DNA of 64,000 nt from Chlorokybus atmophyticus (taxonomy: Eukaryota; Plantae; Mesostigma and Chlorokybus algae), in NCBI GenBank assembly GCA_009103225.1, contig RHPI01001507.1, forward strand, positions 640,025 through 704,024, in the 5' to 3' direction. Made by a program: the position numbers and the translations under genes. Position 1 is the first letter of the stretch, and every line of letters begins with the position of its first letter. Under the pieces are notes generated by a model. That model made no database searches. It saw nothing but the letters and a program-made list of their open reading frames with translations, and was not told the origin of the DNA. Below are positions 10,980 through 22,531 of this stretch, piece after piece.

Positions 10980-13900
10980 TCAATGCTCTCCCTCACCCTC
11001 CCATTTCCCTGTCACGCCCTCCTTGAGTCCCGTGAGCAACCCGCCCCACTCGCGCTCGTCGACCGCACCCTCGCCGTCGCCCGTCCACGGCTGGCTGAAG
11101 GGCACGGTACTCTTGACCTGAACGTGAAGTAAGTTGTAGTAATACTATAACACAAGGAGTGAGAGACATAACCAATGCACAATACAAACACGTGCTCTCA
11201 CACATACGCACTTGCGCACGAGCGTATATGCGCATCTGCGCATGCACATGCACAGACGCACACGCACACGCACAGACGCACATGCACACGCCCCCCCGTC
11301 CCAGACACACGCTCGCACACACACATGCATGCATGCACAGCAAGCCTATGACTATGACACACTACAACGCATGAGATAAGCACTGCAACTCACCTCAAAA
11401 GTCTTGTCGAGGGCTTCGGGTCGCTCGAGCAAAGCGATGCAGAGCTCGGCGATGTCGTCCCTTGAGACCTTGCCCTTGATGGTGTCACCCTGAACACACA
11501 ACCACAACATCAAGTAAACAGAGTGATACACATCTACCGATTCTGAGGTGATTACTGGGCTGAGTAGAAGCCGTGCATGTATGTACAGCAAGTGCACATG
11601 AACAGTAAGTGTGAGTTCACACAAGCACGATGTAAACACAAAGCTGACCTGGTCAACGACGAGAGGCATCCCGCGTGGCTCCTCGGTCAGCGCGCACGGC
11701 CGCACGATCGCGTAAGGGACACCACTCTCCCTTACCACGTCCTCGCCCTACATGGAGATTGGGTTGATGCGTTGCACCCACCCACCCACCCACCCAACCC
11801 CATGTCCTCACCTTGAGCTTGTAGGTGAGTATCCCCCCAAGCGCCTCATTCATCCTGACCGCGGGCGGCTCCTTCTCCGGGTCCACACCTGGCTTGCCTG
11901 GCCTCGTCACGCCCGCGGACGACACGTGAACCCACCTGCGAGAGGGGAGATGACCGGGTATGTGTGTGGGTGTGGGTGTTTGTGTGTGGGTGGGGTGGGG
12001 TGGGGTGGGGGGCGTGCCTTGGGGTGATTGGGGGTGTGAGGGCGGCGGTGATGGAAGAGATGGGGAGGGCGAAGCGGCCGGGAGTGAAGGAGGGGTTGAG
12101 GTCGCCATCGTACTCGAACTTGGACAACATCAGCTGTGCAGAAACACACAAGCGTGTAAGTCACGATTGTGTTGTTGTGCTGTGGTGTGTCGTGTCGTGT
12201 TGTGGCTCTCAACCCAACAAGGGAGAAGATGAGGCAAGTGTGTGTGCGTGCGCGTGCGTTACTACTTGCAGCTCAATGAGGGAGAAGATGCATGTGTATG
12301 CGCGTGTGTGCGTGCACGCGTGTCTGAAAAGTGTTCACTGACCTGCATGCAGACTATGTTGGATGTGTTGATGCGTGGGCCGTTGAGTGGGAGCGAGCGT
12401 GCTCGGAAGACGGCTTTGAACTCCTCGAACGGGAGGAAAATCTGACACAACACATACATCAACATCAACATCACCACCACCTCAAAGCAAAGGGTAACAT
12501 GGGAGTTGCATGCAACAAACACGCTCTTACTGTCTGCCACACGTCCTTTTGCGTGTCGAAAGAGCGGCAGTAAGACACGCCGTCCCAATTTGTGTCGCAT
12601 CTGATGATGAACTTGTACCTCATACCATCACCCTGTTTGTACCCACACAAATCAACAATATGACCACAAACAACATGACACAACAGGAACACAAACCAAC
12701 ATGCAACCCACCTTGACACGCAGCGCGATGCCGTCATAAGCCGACAGGTCCAACGCCGGTTCGTAATTCTTCGTGCGCACAGACGCAAACCCCCCTCTAT
12801 TCTCCGTCCTCACAACTCCCCCAAACACAGCCACACTTGTTGGTTTGTCCCCTCCCCCTTCCTTTTCCCCCTCATAATCCCTCACAACCCTGAGCGCACT
12901 CTCACTAACGCCACCCATCACAACATCATCCAGCGCACCCCACTCGGGCCCAACAACTTCATCATCATCAAAACCCAACAGCAGTTTGCCTCGCCTTTGA
13001 GGGAGAGACTCCCTCACAATGTTGGCCACATGCATCAACCCGTTCAGTTCCACCGTTTGAGGCGTGTCGCCCACTATAGTCGGGTCGTAGAACTTGATGC
13101 CTTGGTAGTATTTGGCTCTGTCGGCTGTGTCGCCCTCTTTAGGGCCCACTTTGACCGCTGTGCATGAGATGATTTTGGAGATGGAACGGATGTCGGAGCG
13201 AGGGAGGGTGAGGGGCTGGGTGATGTCGCCGGAGAGAAGCTTGAAATCGGGAGTGTCGGGACCCAACATCTTGCGGCCCTTTTCAGTGTCTCGCACCTGC
13301 AGGGAGAGAGCTCCTAATCTGTTTCTGTGTGTGTGTGTGCGTGCATATGTGTGCGTGTTTGTGTGAAAGGTATGTGTTATGCGCGCATATGCCTGTACAT
13401 TTCACTGTCTGTATGTTACAATGTGCAATGCAGACATGAAGAGTTGTGTGTAATTGCATGCACGTACAACTAATTTCCCAGTATATAAGAAACCACACGA
13501 CTGGCATGCTCGTGCATGTATATACATGTAAGCACACACACATGAATGCATGCATGCATGGCTGCTCTGACGAAGACTGCGACACCTTCACATGCAACTC
13601 GCACACAAGCACATGCAAGCTTGAGAGAAACGCAACGACGCGCTCAAGCACACACCAACGCTCGCCAAATCAGCACACACGCACACGTACACAAGTACAC
13701 ATACCTACACACGCACACATACATGTTCGCACCCGACAAACACATCACAAAGCACACGACGAACAAGCACCCATACACAAACATTATCTCTCACACAAAC
13801 GTTACAATTGAATATGTGTGTCAAACACCCACCAGCGCTTTGACTCTCCTCCCTCTCCTCCTCAGCCCCTCCACCACTCTCCTCCCCACTCCCCCCGTCG

Positions 13901-14276
13901 CTCCCGTCACGAGCACCCACTCCCCTCCTCCTCCTCCTCCTCCTCCTGCACCATCCCGCTTGGCCGCAGGGTCACCGCCCTGCATGAGCTCCGCCAGGGA
14001 GGAGAGGAGGCGCTGGGGGGAGGGAGGGGGGTTGAAGTAAGCGACGGTGCGGAGGAAACGGAAGGGGTCCCAGGAGGAAGAGGAGGAGGAGGAGGAGGAG
14101 GGGGAGGGGGAGGAGGGGGAAGAGCAGGTGGTGGTTGGGTGGTGGAGGTGGGGAGATTGTCTGCTGTGGGGGCGGCGGGGAGAGTGTGAGGAGAGGTGGT
14201 GGCGATGGCTGCCTGCGAGGAAGGAGGTGGATGCCACTGGCAGTAACGCCGCCACTGTCGCTGCCGCCGCCGCCAT
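10980..14276 (-). CDS. Plastid NAD(P)-binding Rossmann-fold protein with inserted CIA30 domain (At4g18810/HCF173-family); multi-exon
   Basis: Transit-peptide-like N-terminus, WDPFRFLRTVAYFN, VLVTGATGGVGRRVV, WGALDDVVMGGVSES, GGFASVRTKN, SKFEYDGDLNPSF, HVSSAGVTRP, YAIVRPCALTEEP, GDTIKGKVSRDDIA and FEVKSTVPFSQPW. The stop is at 10980-10982. Confidence 0.9.
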
Positions 14277-14479
14277 GACGAATGTGCCTGGCAATGGAGA
14301 GAACTACTACCTGAGCAGCCACGTCATGTCCTAAGCTTTTGTTATCAACGTTGGTCAAGTGTATATCGAGTAGCGGCTGAAATCACTACGACTAACGCTA
14401 TATCTTAGTCACTTGATATACGAGACTGGACGCAGCAGATATCACGTGATAACGTGATATAGAGAGCGCCTTATCCGGC
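14277..14479. promoter_or_regulatory. Putative compact bidirectional promoter with palindromic G-box
   Basis: Only 203 bp separate the divergent start codons. TATCACGTGATA at 14440-14451 is followed directly by ACGTGATA. Confidence 0.55.
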
Positions 14480-16060
14480 ATGCCCGGCATGGCGGCGACG
14501 GTGGCCGTGGCAGCGTCGGCGACGTCAGCAGCACCGTCGACACGACATCATCCACACTCCTGCGCGCCGCCGCTGTTGCCGCCACGTCTGCCGCTACTCC
14601 CTCACCACCGCCGCCACCATGGCCACCACCACCACCACCACCAGGCCGAGTCGACCACGCCACAGGCTACCGGGCCACAGGCTACCAGGCCAACAGCGGC
14701 GGCGACCAGGCCACGGGTTCCGACCATCACCAGCATGGCGTCATCGTCGGCGGCGTCCAGGGTGACCATCGCCATCCCAGGCGGCGGCATGTTGTTCTAC
14801 TGGCAGCTGGGCGCAGCCTCCGCTCTCGCTAGACGCTACGACTCCCTCTCCCTCTCCTCCTCCACCTCCTCCTCCTCCTCCTTGCCCACCTTATCCTGGG
14901 CTGGCGCCAGCGCCGGCGCCCTCGCCGCCGCTCTGGCCGCCGCCAGGGTCGACCCCCACCACGCCGCCGAGGAGGCCATCGCCCTGGCTAGGCGGGAGCG
15001 GTTGTGGCAACGAGGAGGAGGAGGAGGAGGAGGAGGAGGTGTGGGAGGAGCGGGGAAGCTAGCGCTCGTGTGGGGGAAGCTGGTGAGAGAGTGGCTGCAT
15101 GGGTTGCTGGATGAAAAGGCGGGAGAGAGGTGCAGAGGGAGAGTGAAGATCGCCGTGCTGGAGGTGGGTTGTGTTGTTTGTTTGGTGTATGTGTGCGTGC
15201 GTATACGTATATGCATGCGTGCATGCATGTGCACACACAACACATGCACATGTGGATATATGCCCGTGTCTGTCACGCACCTGTGCGCAGTCATGCACAT
15301 GCGTGTGCATGTCTGCGCACACTTGCACTCGTGGGCATCCCCCTCTCGGTCACACGCGTGCACACACCCACATGCGCGTGCACATACACCTGCCTCAACC
15401 CACTCACTCGCATTCTTATGTGCATATTGTGGCATCTTGTGTGCGTTCGTACCCATGCAGTCTGCATGCACGCATGTCACACACATGCATCCGCATCCTG
15501 ATCGTGTGTACATCTCTCCCCAGCTCGGTTGGCCCTGGCTCTGGCGCATCCGTCGCCGCCACGTCTCCGACTTCGCCTCCACCCCCGACCTCATCGAGTG
15601 CCTCATGGCCTCCGTACACATACCCGTATTCCTGGACGGAAGACTCTTCCATACACTCTCGCGACCAACAACACAAGAACAACACCATCACCAACAACCC
15701 CCTCCCTCTTCCACCCTCCGCTGCATCGATGGCTCCATGTTCCTCTCCCACCGCTCCGCTCTCTTCACCTCCAACGCATCCCCACCCTCCACCACCCACC
15801 CCGACACACCCACCTACATCTTCCTCGACTACAAGGACGACCCCGACGCCTCCCTCGAGGCCGGCAAGTTCCTGACGCTCGGGCGGGACGAGGACGCCAC
15901 CAGGGAGTGGATCGATAGGATGATGGGGATGGGGGAACGGCATGTGGCGGGGATGTGGGAGAGGGGGGAGATGAGGGAGTTGGGGGTGGGGCCGCACCCA
16001 CCTACTACTCAGGTTGGGGGGGGTGAGGTTAGGGAAGACGAGCGGTCTCTGGTGCTGTGA
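14480..16060 (+). CDS. Patatin-like phospholipase; 2 exons (14480-15163, 15524-16060); true start may be a downstream ATG
   Basis: Gly-rich GGGMLFYWQLG, nucleophile motif GASAG, CLMASVHIPVFLDG and DG motif (CIDGSMF). The 360-nt GT-AG intron is microsatellite-rich. Confidence 0.85.
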   Translation: MPGMAATVAVAASATSAAPSTRHHPHSCAPPLLPPRLPLLPHHRRHHGHHHHHHQAESTTPQATGPQATRPTAAATRPRVPTITSMASSSAASRVTIAIPGGGMLFYWQLGAASALARRYDSLSLSSSTSSSSSLPTLSWAGASAGALAAALAAARVDPHHAAEEAIALARRERLWQRGGGGGGGGGVGGAGKLALVWGKLVREWLHGLLDEKAGERCRGRVKIAVLEVGCVVCLVYVCVRIRICMRACMCTHNTCTCGYMPVSVTHLCAVMHMRVHVCAHLHSWASPSRSHACTHPHARAHTPASTHSLAFLCAYCGILCAFVPMQSACTHVTHMHPHPDRVYISPQLGWPWLWRIRRRHVSDFASTPDLIECLMASVHIPVFLDGRLFHTLSRPTTQEQHHHQQPPPSSTLRCIDGSMFLSHRSALFTSNASPPSTTHPDTPTYIFLDYKDDPDASLEAGKFLTLGRDEDATREWIDRMMGMGERHVAGMWERGEMRELGVGPHPPTTQVGGGEVREDERSLVL

Positions 16061-16643
16061 GAGGGCGGACAAGCGAGTGGGTTAGGGTCGATCAGGTGAA
16101 CTGTAGGGAGAGCTGTAGATGTGTTGTACATAACATGTCGAGCGTAGAGACATTGTGAGATATTGGTACTTGTGTGTACAGGAGAGTGTTGTAGGGTTGA
16201 TGTGAAGAAACAAAAGTTATAGAGACGGCAAGGGTCTGTGTCCCAAACATGCATTGTTGTGTTGGATGGCTGGTTGGCTGGGAGTGTTGCAGTACGTAGG
16301 AGTAGTGTGTCAATGTGTCTACCACACATGAATGTGATATGTACGCATATCACATTCGCGCCTCTGCGATTCACTGGTACGACATGTACAGGCAAAGACA
16401 GTGTATGTATGTGGATTTGGTTACTGTTGCAACAAAACAACATCAACACCAACAACAACACGGTACAACACCAGAGTGGATCACAAACATCTTTAGAAAA
16501 CACAAAACTGGCCTGGTATGAAAGCACCCGGAAACGAAGTTCAGTTCCACCTGTAACGGATAGCTACCTTCGTTTGTCCAAACACGGAATGTTGGCAATG
16601 ACAATATGTACATATGTGGTTGTCAGGACTCCCTGTCTCTCTT

Positions 16644-18517
16644 TCACAGCGTGTCGCGCGCGGATTCCCACGCCAACGGTGCCGGCTTCACCCACTGCGT
16701 CTGCTGCGTCACCTGTGAGAAAAGGGAGCCCCATCAACGTCAGGAGCAGAGTGACAATGAACTAAGTGCAATGCACATGACGGGCTGGTTTGAAAGCACA
16801 TTATTACATGGACAAATGGCTAGGTAAGAGTTTGAGAAACACACAGACTTGCCTCGTTGTAATAGTATGGAGTCTCATCAGTGTCGCTCTTGTGCTCGCG
16901 CCAGGCAGCCTCCTCGGGCTGGTACACAATTGATGAGAAATGAATGTAGTAATGACAGGAGAGATACATGCACACAGACGCAAGTACGCGTGCACACGTG
17001 CGCAGACACTGATGTGCACACAAGCATGTGTGCATGGACACGCGTACGTGTGTACGCCCATGCCCACGCCCACGCCCACACACACCTGCGTCCACACCGA
17101 CTCCTTTGTCTTCGGGTTATACCACCACTTCCTTCCCTCCCCGTCGACCCCCTCCCTCCAGGTCGCCTCCCGCGGGTCGTCGCGGCGCGTCTCGCCCGTC
17201 GCCGCGTTGTAGAAGTAGGAGTCGTGGGAGATAGAGTGAGATGCATCATCGACATCGTCAGGAAGCTCCGCGGGGACGTCGTGTGTGCTCGCCTTCGTGA
17301 GGTAGTTGAACCTACAAGGGTGTGGGTGGGTGGGTGGGTGGGTGTTTGTGAGCCACACGCATACACATACCCACATTTGTACCCACGAGCGCGCGCGCGC
17401 ATGCGGGTGGGTGAGTGAGTATGTGACGTGAGCGTGTGTCGAGTTTACCAGTATGTGCCAGAGCCGTCCTTGGCTTGCACACGCTTCCACGCGAGGGCCT
17501 TCGGGACCGAGTACTTCACTTGGCCCGTGAGAGAGTTCACGTACACCTTCCCGCCACCCTGCGCATCCTGCACGACACACACATTACTGTCAGAGTCACT
17601 CTGACCCCCATTCCCCCCTCCCATACACACACTTACCCTCATCGTCCACGAGCAACTCGGCGGCCTCCCCCACCTCGTCTCTCCCGTCCCCGTGTTATGA
17701 TAAAACTCCCCGTCTCCGTGCTTGTGAACCTTCCAACTGCCGGGCTCCTCCTCGAAGGCTTCGGCACCGTCCGCACGCTCGGCATCCAGTAAAGAAGTGA
17801 TGGTGGGGTTGTTGATGTGGTTGGCCAAGGTACGGGCGGTGTGGCCGGCATGGTCGGGGACGTCCTGGGGTGGGGTGTGGGTAAGTGGGTGAGTGGGTGG
17901 GTAGGTGGGTGGGTGGGTAGGTGGGGGTGGGGTGCATGTGTGGGCTTACGGGGTTGGCGCCGTGGGCGAGGAGGATGCGGACGATGTCGGCGTGGTTGGT
18001 GGAGACGGCGGCGGTGAGGGGGGTGCTGCCGTCATCGGCGGCAATGGACACCTGCATGTGAATATACATGCGTGTGTGTCATGCATGCAATGGGAGCACT
18101 GGAAAAGCAAGAAGTGAGGTGTGTGTATGTGTGTCACTTTACCTTGGCGTTGTGCTCCAGGAGGGTGGACACCACCTCCTTGTTGCCCCGCTCTGCAGCA
18201 TAGTACAGAGCAGTTCGCCCACTCGCATCACGCTGCATGACAACCAACATGACGTAGTAAACGCATTACAACATACACATGTAACAACTTTCGCTGCATG
18301 CAAGAGACATTGAATGACATACACACAAGCACACAGTCATGCAACACAAACACACACTCACTTGGTTGGGGTCTTGGCCTGCCTGGAGCGCGTCAAAGAC
18401 GTTGCCGGGGTCGTTGCGTTTGGCCAGGAGGGGCAGGGGGGTGGGTTCCAAGGAGGCGGCTACCGGAGCAGAGACGGACACCGCCAATAAGGCGACCGCC
18501 AACCACACCGCCGCCAT
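16644..18517 (-). CDS. Signal peptide + ~3 ankyrin repeats + ~6 tandem WW-like repeats, C-terminal RDTL; 8 exons
   Basis: MAAVWLAVALLAVSVSAPVAA signal peptide. Ankyrin repeats: GRTALYYAAERGNKEVVSTLLEHNA and GSTPLTAAVSTNHADIVRILLAHGANP. WW-like repeats: FYHNTGTGETRWGRP, YVNSLTGQVKYSVP, YWFNYLTKASTHDVP, YFYNAATGETRRDDP, WWYNPKTKESVWTQP, YYYNEVTQQTQWVKP. Confidence 0.8.
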
Positions 18518-21500
18518 GTTGCTGCACACACACGCTCACAACGCCAACTACCAGGCTTGTATCCGTGCCTGCCAGTCAAGACAAGCACCTGCTATAAGCA
18601 TACAACGGCGGTGCTTGACAATTCGTTGTTCGGCGTCAATCACGTTTAATGTACCATGGGCGGCAGTCTGAGGCGCTTAACTGAGATATTGCCGCGAGTT
18701 TGTCGGTTACTAAACGGACCAACCGTTCAACTTCGCGGTTTTCAGCTTTCACTCTGCAGCAAGGTAACCGATACCAGGTTACTGTAACATGTCTGACAGG
18801 CGGACACGTGAAAAGGTCAGTCAGACATAACGGCTAACTGCGGTCCTGCCGTATCACGTGAGACGAGCATTTGGTATAAGCTTGGTGTATACCAAGCTAA
18901 TTGGGCTATTGAGGCTGAACTTGACGTGATGTGCATTACCAAATTCAAGCTCAGTATGATGATACAACATCCAGTAACCAGCAGCTTGCTGTGATCGCTG
19001 TGATAGCTACATTAACTCATGATTTAGCATCATTTCGCAAATGACATTAGTAGTGTGTCTTTATACGTTGGTATATAGTTGTCAATGTTTTGATTATCAA
19101 TGGTGGCTCATTATGCGCGCAAGTGAGCAAATTGTCAAACAAAATCGCATGATGTTGTAGCATGTTTAAATGCCAAATTGCTAATCGATCAAAGTGGTCA
19201 ACTTAATATTTCCTTCTTGATAAATTAATGTTGATATCTTGCAAATGCAAATACATGGTACTTGTTTTGTGCATAGAATGTTGAAATTTTCAACTTGCAA
19301 AAGTATTATCGTCTGCGTGACACACACGCAACCAAAGCCATAATACAAAAATACAAGCTAGGGCTCCTTACCCGGTTGAGCCACAACACAAGCATAATTC
19401 GTACAGCAATCCACACCAACATGCAAACAAACAGTATACTGAAAACTCCATTATGTTTATCCCTTACTTAAATATGTATCATTTATGATACAATGTATCA
19501 TGAAGCTTATGACCATATGTATGGCTATGGCCGTGTCTATATTGACAAGCATACATGCTTGTAAAAGCAAAGTGTTAAAAATAGTGATGGTGTATGTTTC
19601 ATGTTGTGCTTACACACAAACATTTGCACTAAAAGTATCTCCTGCATCTTTTGCTTTATTTGCAAACGTTGCTACTTGCACCGCTGCAACTTCACATTAT
19701 TGAAAGGCTTGTTGATAGCAAATGTAACTCAGCCTAGAAAAGGACAGACGCAGGCATCCATAACATCAATCCCGTAAACAGCAATTGCAAACACCTCGAA
19801 GTAGCTTAAACCATCCTTGCGTCAACCTACCGCCTACATAAACAACCATAAGCAGGTCTGAGCTGCCATACTCTGGCTTTGCCTCCTCGCACATGCGCTG
19901 ATGTTGGCTTCACATCAGCTTTGTTTTTGGCCGACAAGTCAAGGGACAACAGTATTATTGCGTTGCAAATCGGTCACAATGCAGCCAGTCGGGTTTACAA
20001 ACTCTTCAGAGTCAACTTTAGGAGTCTAAAAGACGTGACGAGACACTGCAACAGCAGCTGACTGTGCCTTGCAACCAATACTGTGCTGGTAAAGCACGTT
20101 GCATCCTTATCGCGAATGGGGTGCACTTGATCATGATAGCAAATGATAGAGCAGTTACTTGTGCCATGGCCATGCACGCGCACACGTGCACGCACTTGTC
20201 GCATTGCCATCCAACACTAACTATAACAAGTTGCCAAGCAAGCTGCCAGTTTTGATGAGCGGCACGCGTGCTTGAGCAAGAGAGTTGCCACATGCAAGTG
20301 CTGCTCGTAGCTCAATGCAACACTCTAGCAACGAGAATGACGTGTTGTTCTCAGCCACTTGTTGACCCTGCTTGGTGCAAATGCTTGAAGTGCTATGCAT
20401 GTACGGGGCTTACAACTTGTGCATAGGGGAAGCTGATGCACGACAAGCTGCGGTCGACAAATGCACACGTAAGATTTGCGACAAGCATGGCCACAGCCAA
20501 AGTCGCAAAGCTCTATTTCAGTTGCATACAGCAGTGGCACGGCTTTTGTGCGTGTGCACCATCAAAGCAATGAGCCAACTGATAAGCTGATAAGCTGACC
20601 ATGTTGCTCAAGTCAAGCCACTGAGCCAAAGTCTGCTTGAAGCTGCTAGCTAGTCAGCACAACAGCATACTAGTTATAACCCTTACATTCTTCTCAGCTC
20701 GTGTACTTCGCACTTGTGACCGTTTTACAATATTGTTGAAAGCCAACACCACCATTGACCGCATGCACAGCTTTTATAAGCAGTACAGAGCTGTACAGAG
20801 CAAGTTGCTCTGTACATCTCTGTACTACTTTTTAGAAAAAAAACAACCGAGGCAGGCAATTGCCAAGCAAGCAGCTCACACTCACATACATATTCACAAG
20901 CAGCAAGCAAGAAGCTTTACCTCGATGGCCTTGCAACCGTCATCAGCTGTGGTGGTTTCTGCGCCGCCTGTGGGCAACAGCTCAGAGGGGAAGCCGATTA
21001 TTTGTTGGTTTTTCCCATGGCCGCCCGTTACCGTCACCGTTAGCATCGTACATGACGTCGATGACGGCAACAAAGCAGAGCTTAGCAACACCGGCAGCAG
21101 CGCCCTGCCATGGCGATGACCACACCCACGTCCACACAAGCAACTTAGCTCGCCGCACAGCCGCTGTGTGCGCACGTATTTTATTCGCTGCTCATATCTG
21201 GCAGGAGGAGCGAACACAGCGGCGGAGCGCGGTTAGGTAACTGTCCAGCCCGGGGTCTTGTGCTCGGTTTGCTGACCGGGGTGCACTGATGGTGAATTGA
21301 AACCGACCGCCTTCCCCATTGCCTTGTACTTAATAGACCTTCTGCTCGCATAGCGCCGCGAGTGCTCTTTGAGGTTACACATACCAGATCTACGACAGCT
21401 TGCTCAGCCCTTCTGCCAGGATCTAGCCGAGGCGCGCAGAGCAGGCAGAGCGCGTCGGGCCGCAGGCTGGTTCCGTACCAGTTTGTTGTATCCCGCATGT

Positions 21501-22531
21501 GTGTTGGCAATTGAAATGCTGGACAGGACTTGAAAAGGCGTCACAATCTTTGCTATGTCCCGCATCATCAGTAGAGCCTGCCTAGAGCCTGGCAGCCTGC
21601 GTAGCGGCCTGAGGCCCACTACCACCTGCTACCAAAGGATAGAGGGTGATGTACACTGGGTTGCATAAAATCACCTTGATAGGATAGCAGGTGAGACTTG
21701 ATTCACTTTTCTATTGTAGCGCTCGATCTTATTGATCTCACGCGAGATCGGCACTGGTGGAGGTGAGGTGGTCAAGCTGAGCAAGTCAGGTAATATGAAG
21801 CGCGTGTCACACCCCAACTCTCATGACCGCCGACTCTGCCAGCAGAGGCCACTGTTGTGCGGGCTCATGAAGCAGGCGCGTTGGCTGATCAAAATTCCGC
21901 TATCACAAATTGATTCAGCGGTTGCACGCACCGAAGCAGCCTGCCATCCATACCCTCCAGCAGCACGGCACTGAAGCATTGGCTTCTCAACATGCACTTC
22001 TTAGCTTGTTTACTTTAAATTGAACAAGCTTCGCTCCCCTCAATTCGTCGCAACAGAGTTTGGGCTATTGCTGCCGAGCTCAAAATGCAGCCCTCCAAGT
22101 CACATCACGTGATATGACACGTGTCGTCACTAGCATCAGTGCCGCAAAGACGGTTCCACCACGTCCGCCTTGCTACAGTAGCCGAAGACGCCTCAGGCAC
22201 TTGTGTAGTACGACGTTGTGTAGTCAGACGCGTAGTGTAACGCCGCAGGCTGTTGTGTAGTATATATGGAGCAGCACTTGTCTGCACAGATGCATGCAAG
22301 GTTTAAATTGAGTCCAAAAACTGTTGCGGCATTCAGCAGCCAGGTAAGCCAGCTTGCTGCTTTTCAGCATGCAATTCTCTCCGCTTCGCCATGCACAACG
22401 TTGCAATGTTGGTACCCACCATGCATGCTTGTGGATACTCTGTTGCTACTACTGTGCACCATACACTATCTGTTTGTGTGCGCACAGTCCCATCATCGAT
22501 GGCGAGCCAGGGTTCCAGCACTCAAAGCAAG

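Noticed and set aside
14480-16060. Single 526-aa uninterrupted patatin ORF
   Set aside because: It reads through a 360-nt GT-AG microsatellite intron; the spliced two-exon model restores a compact patatin domain.
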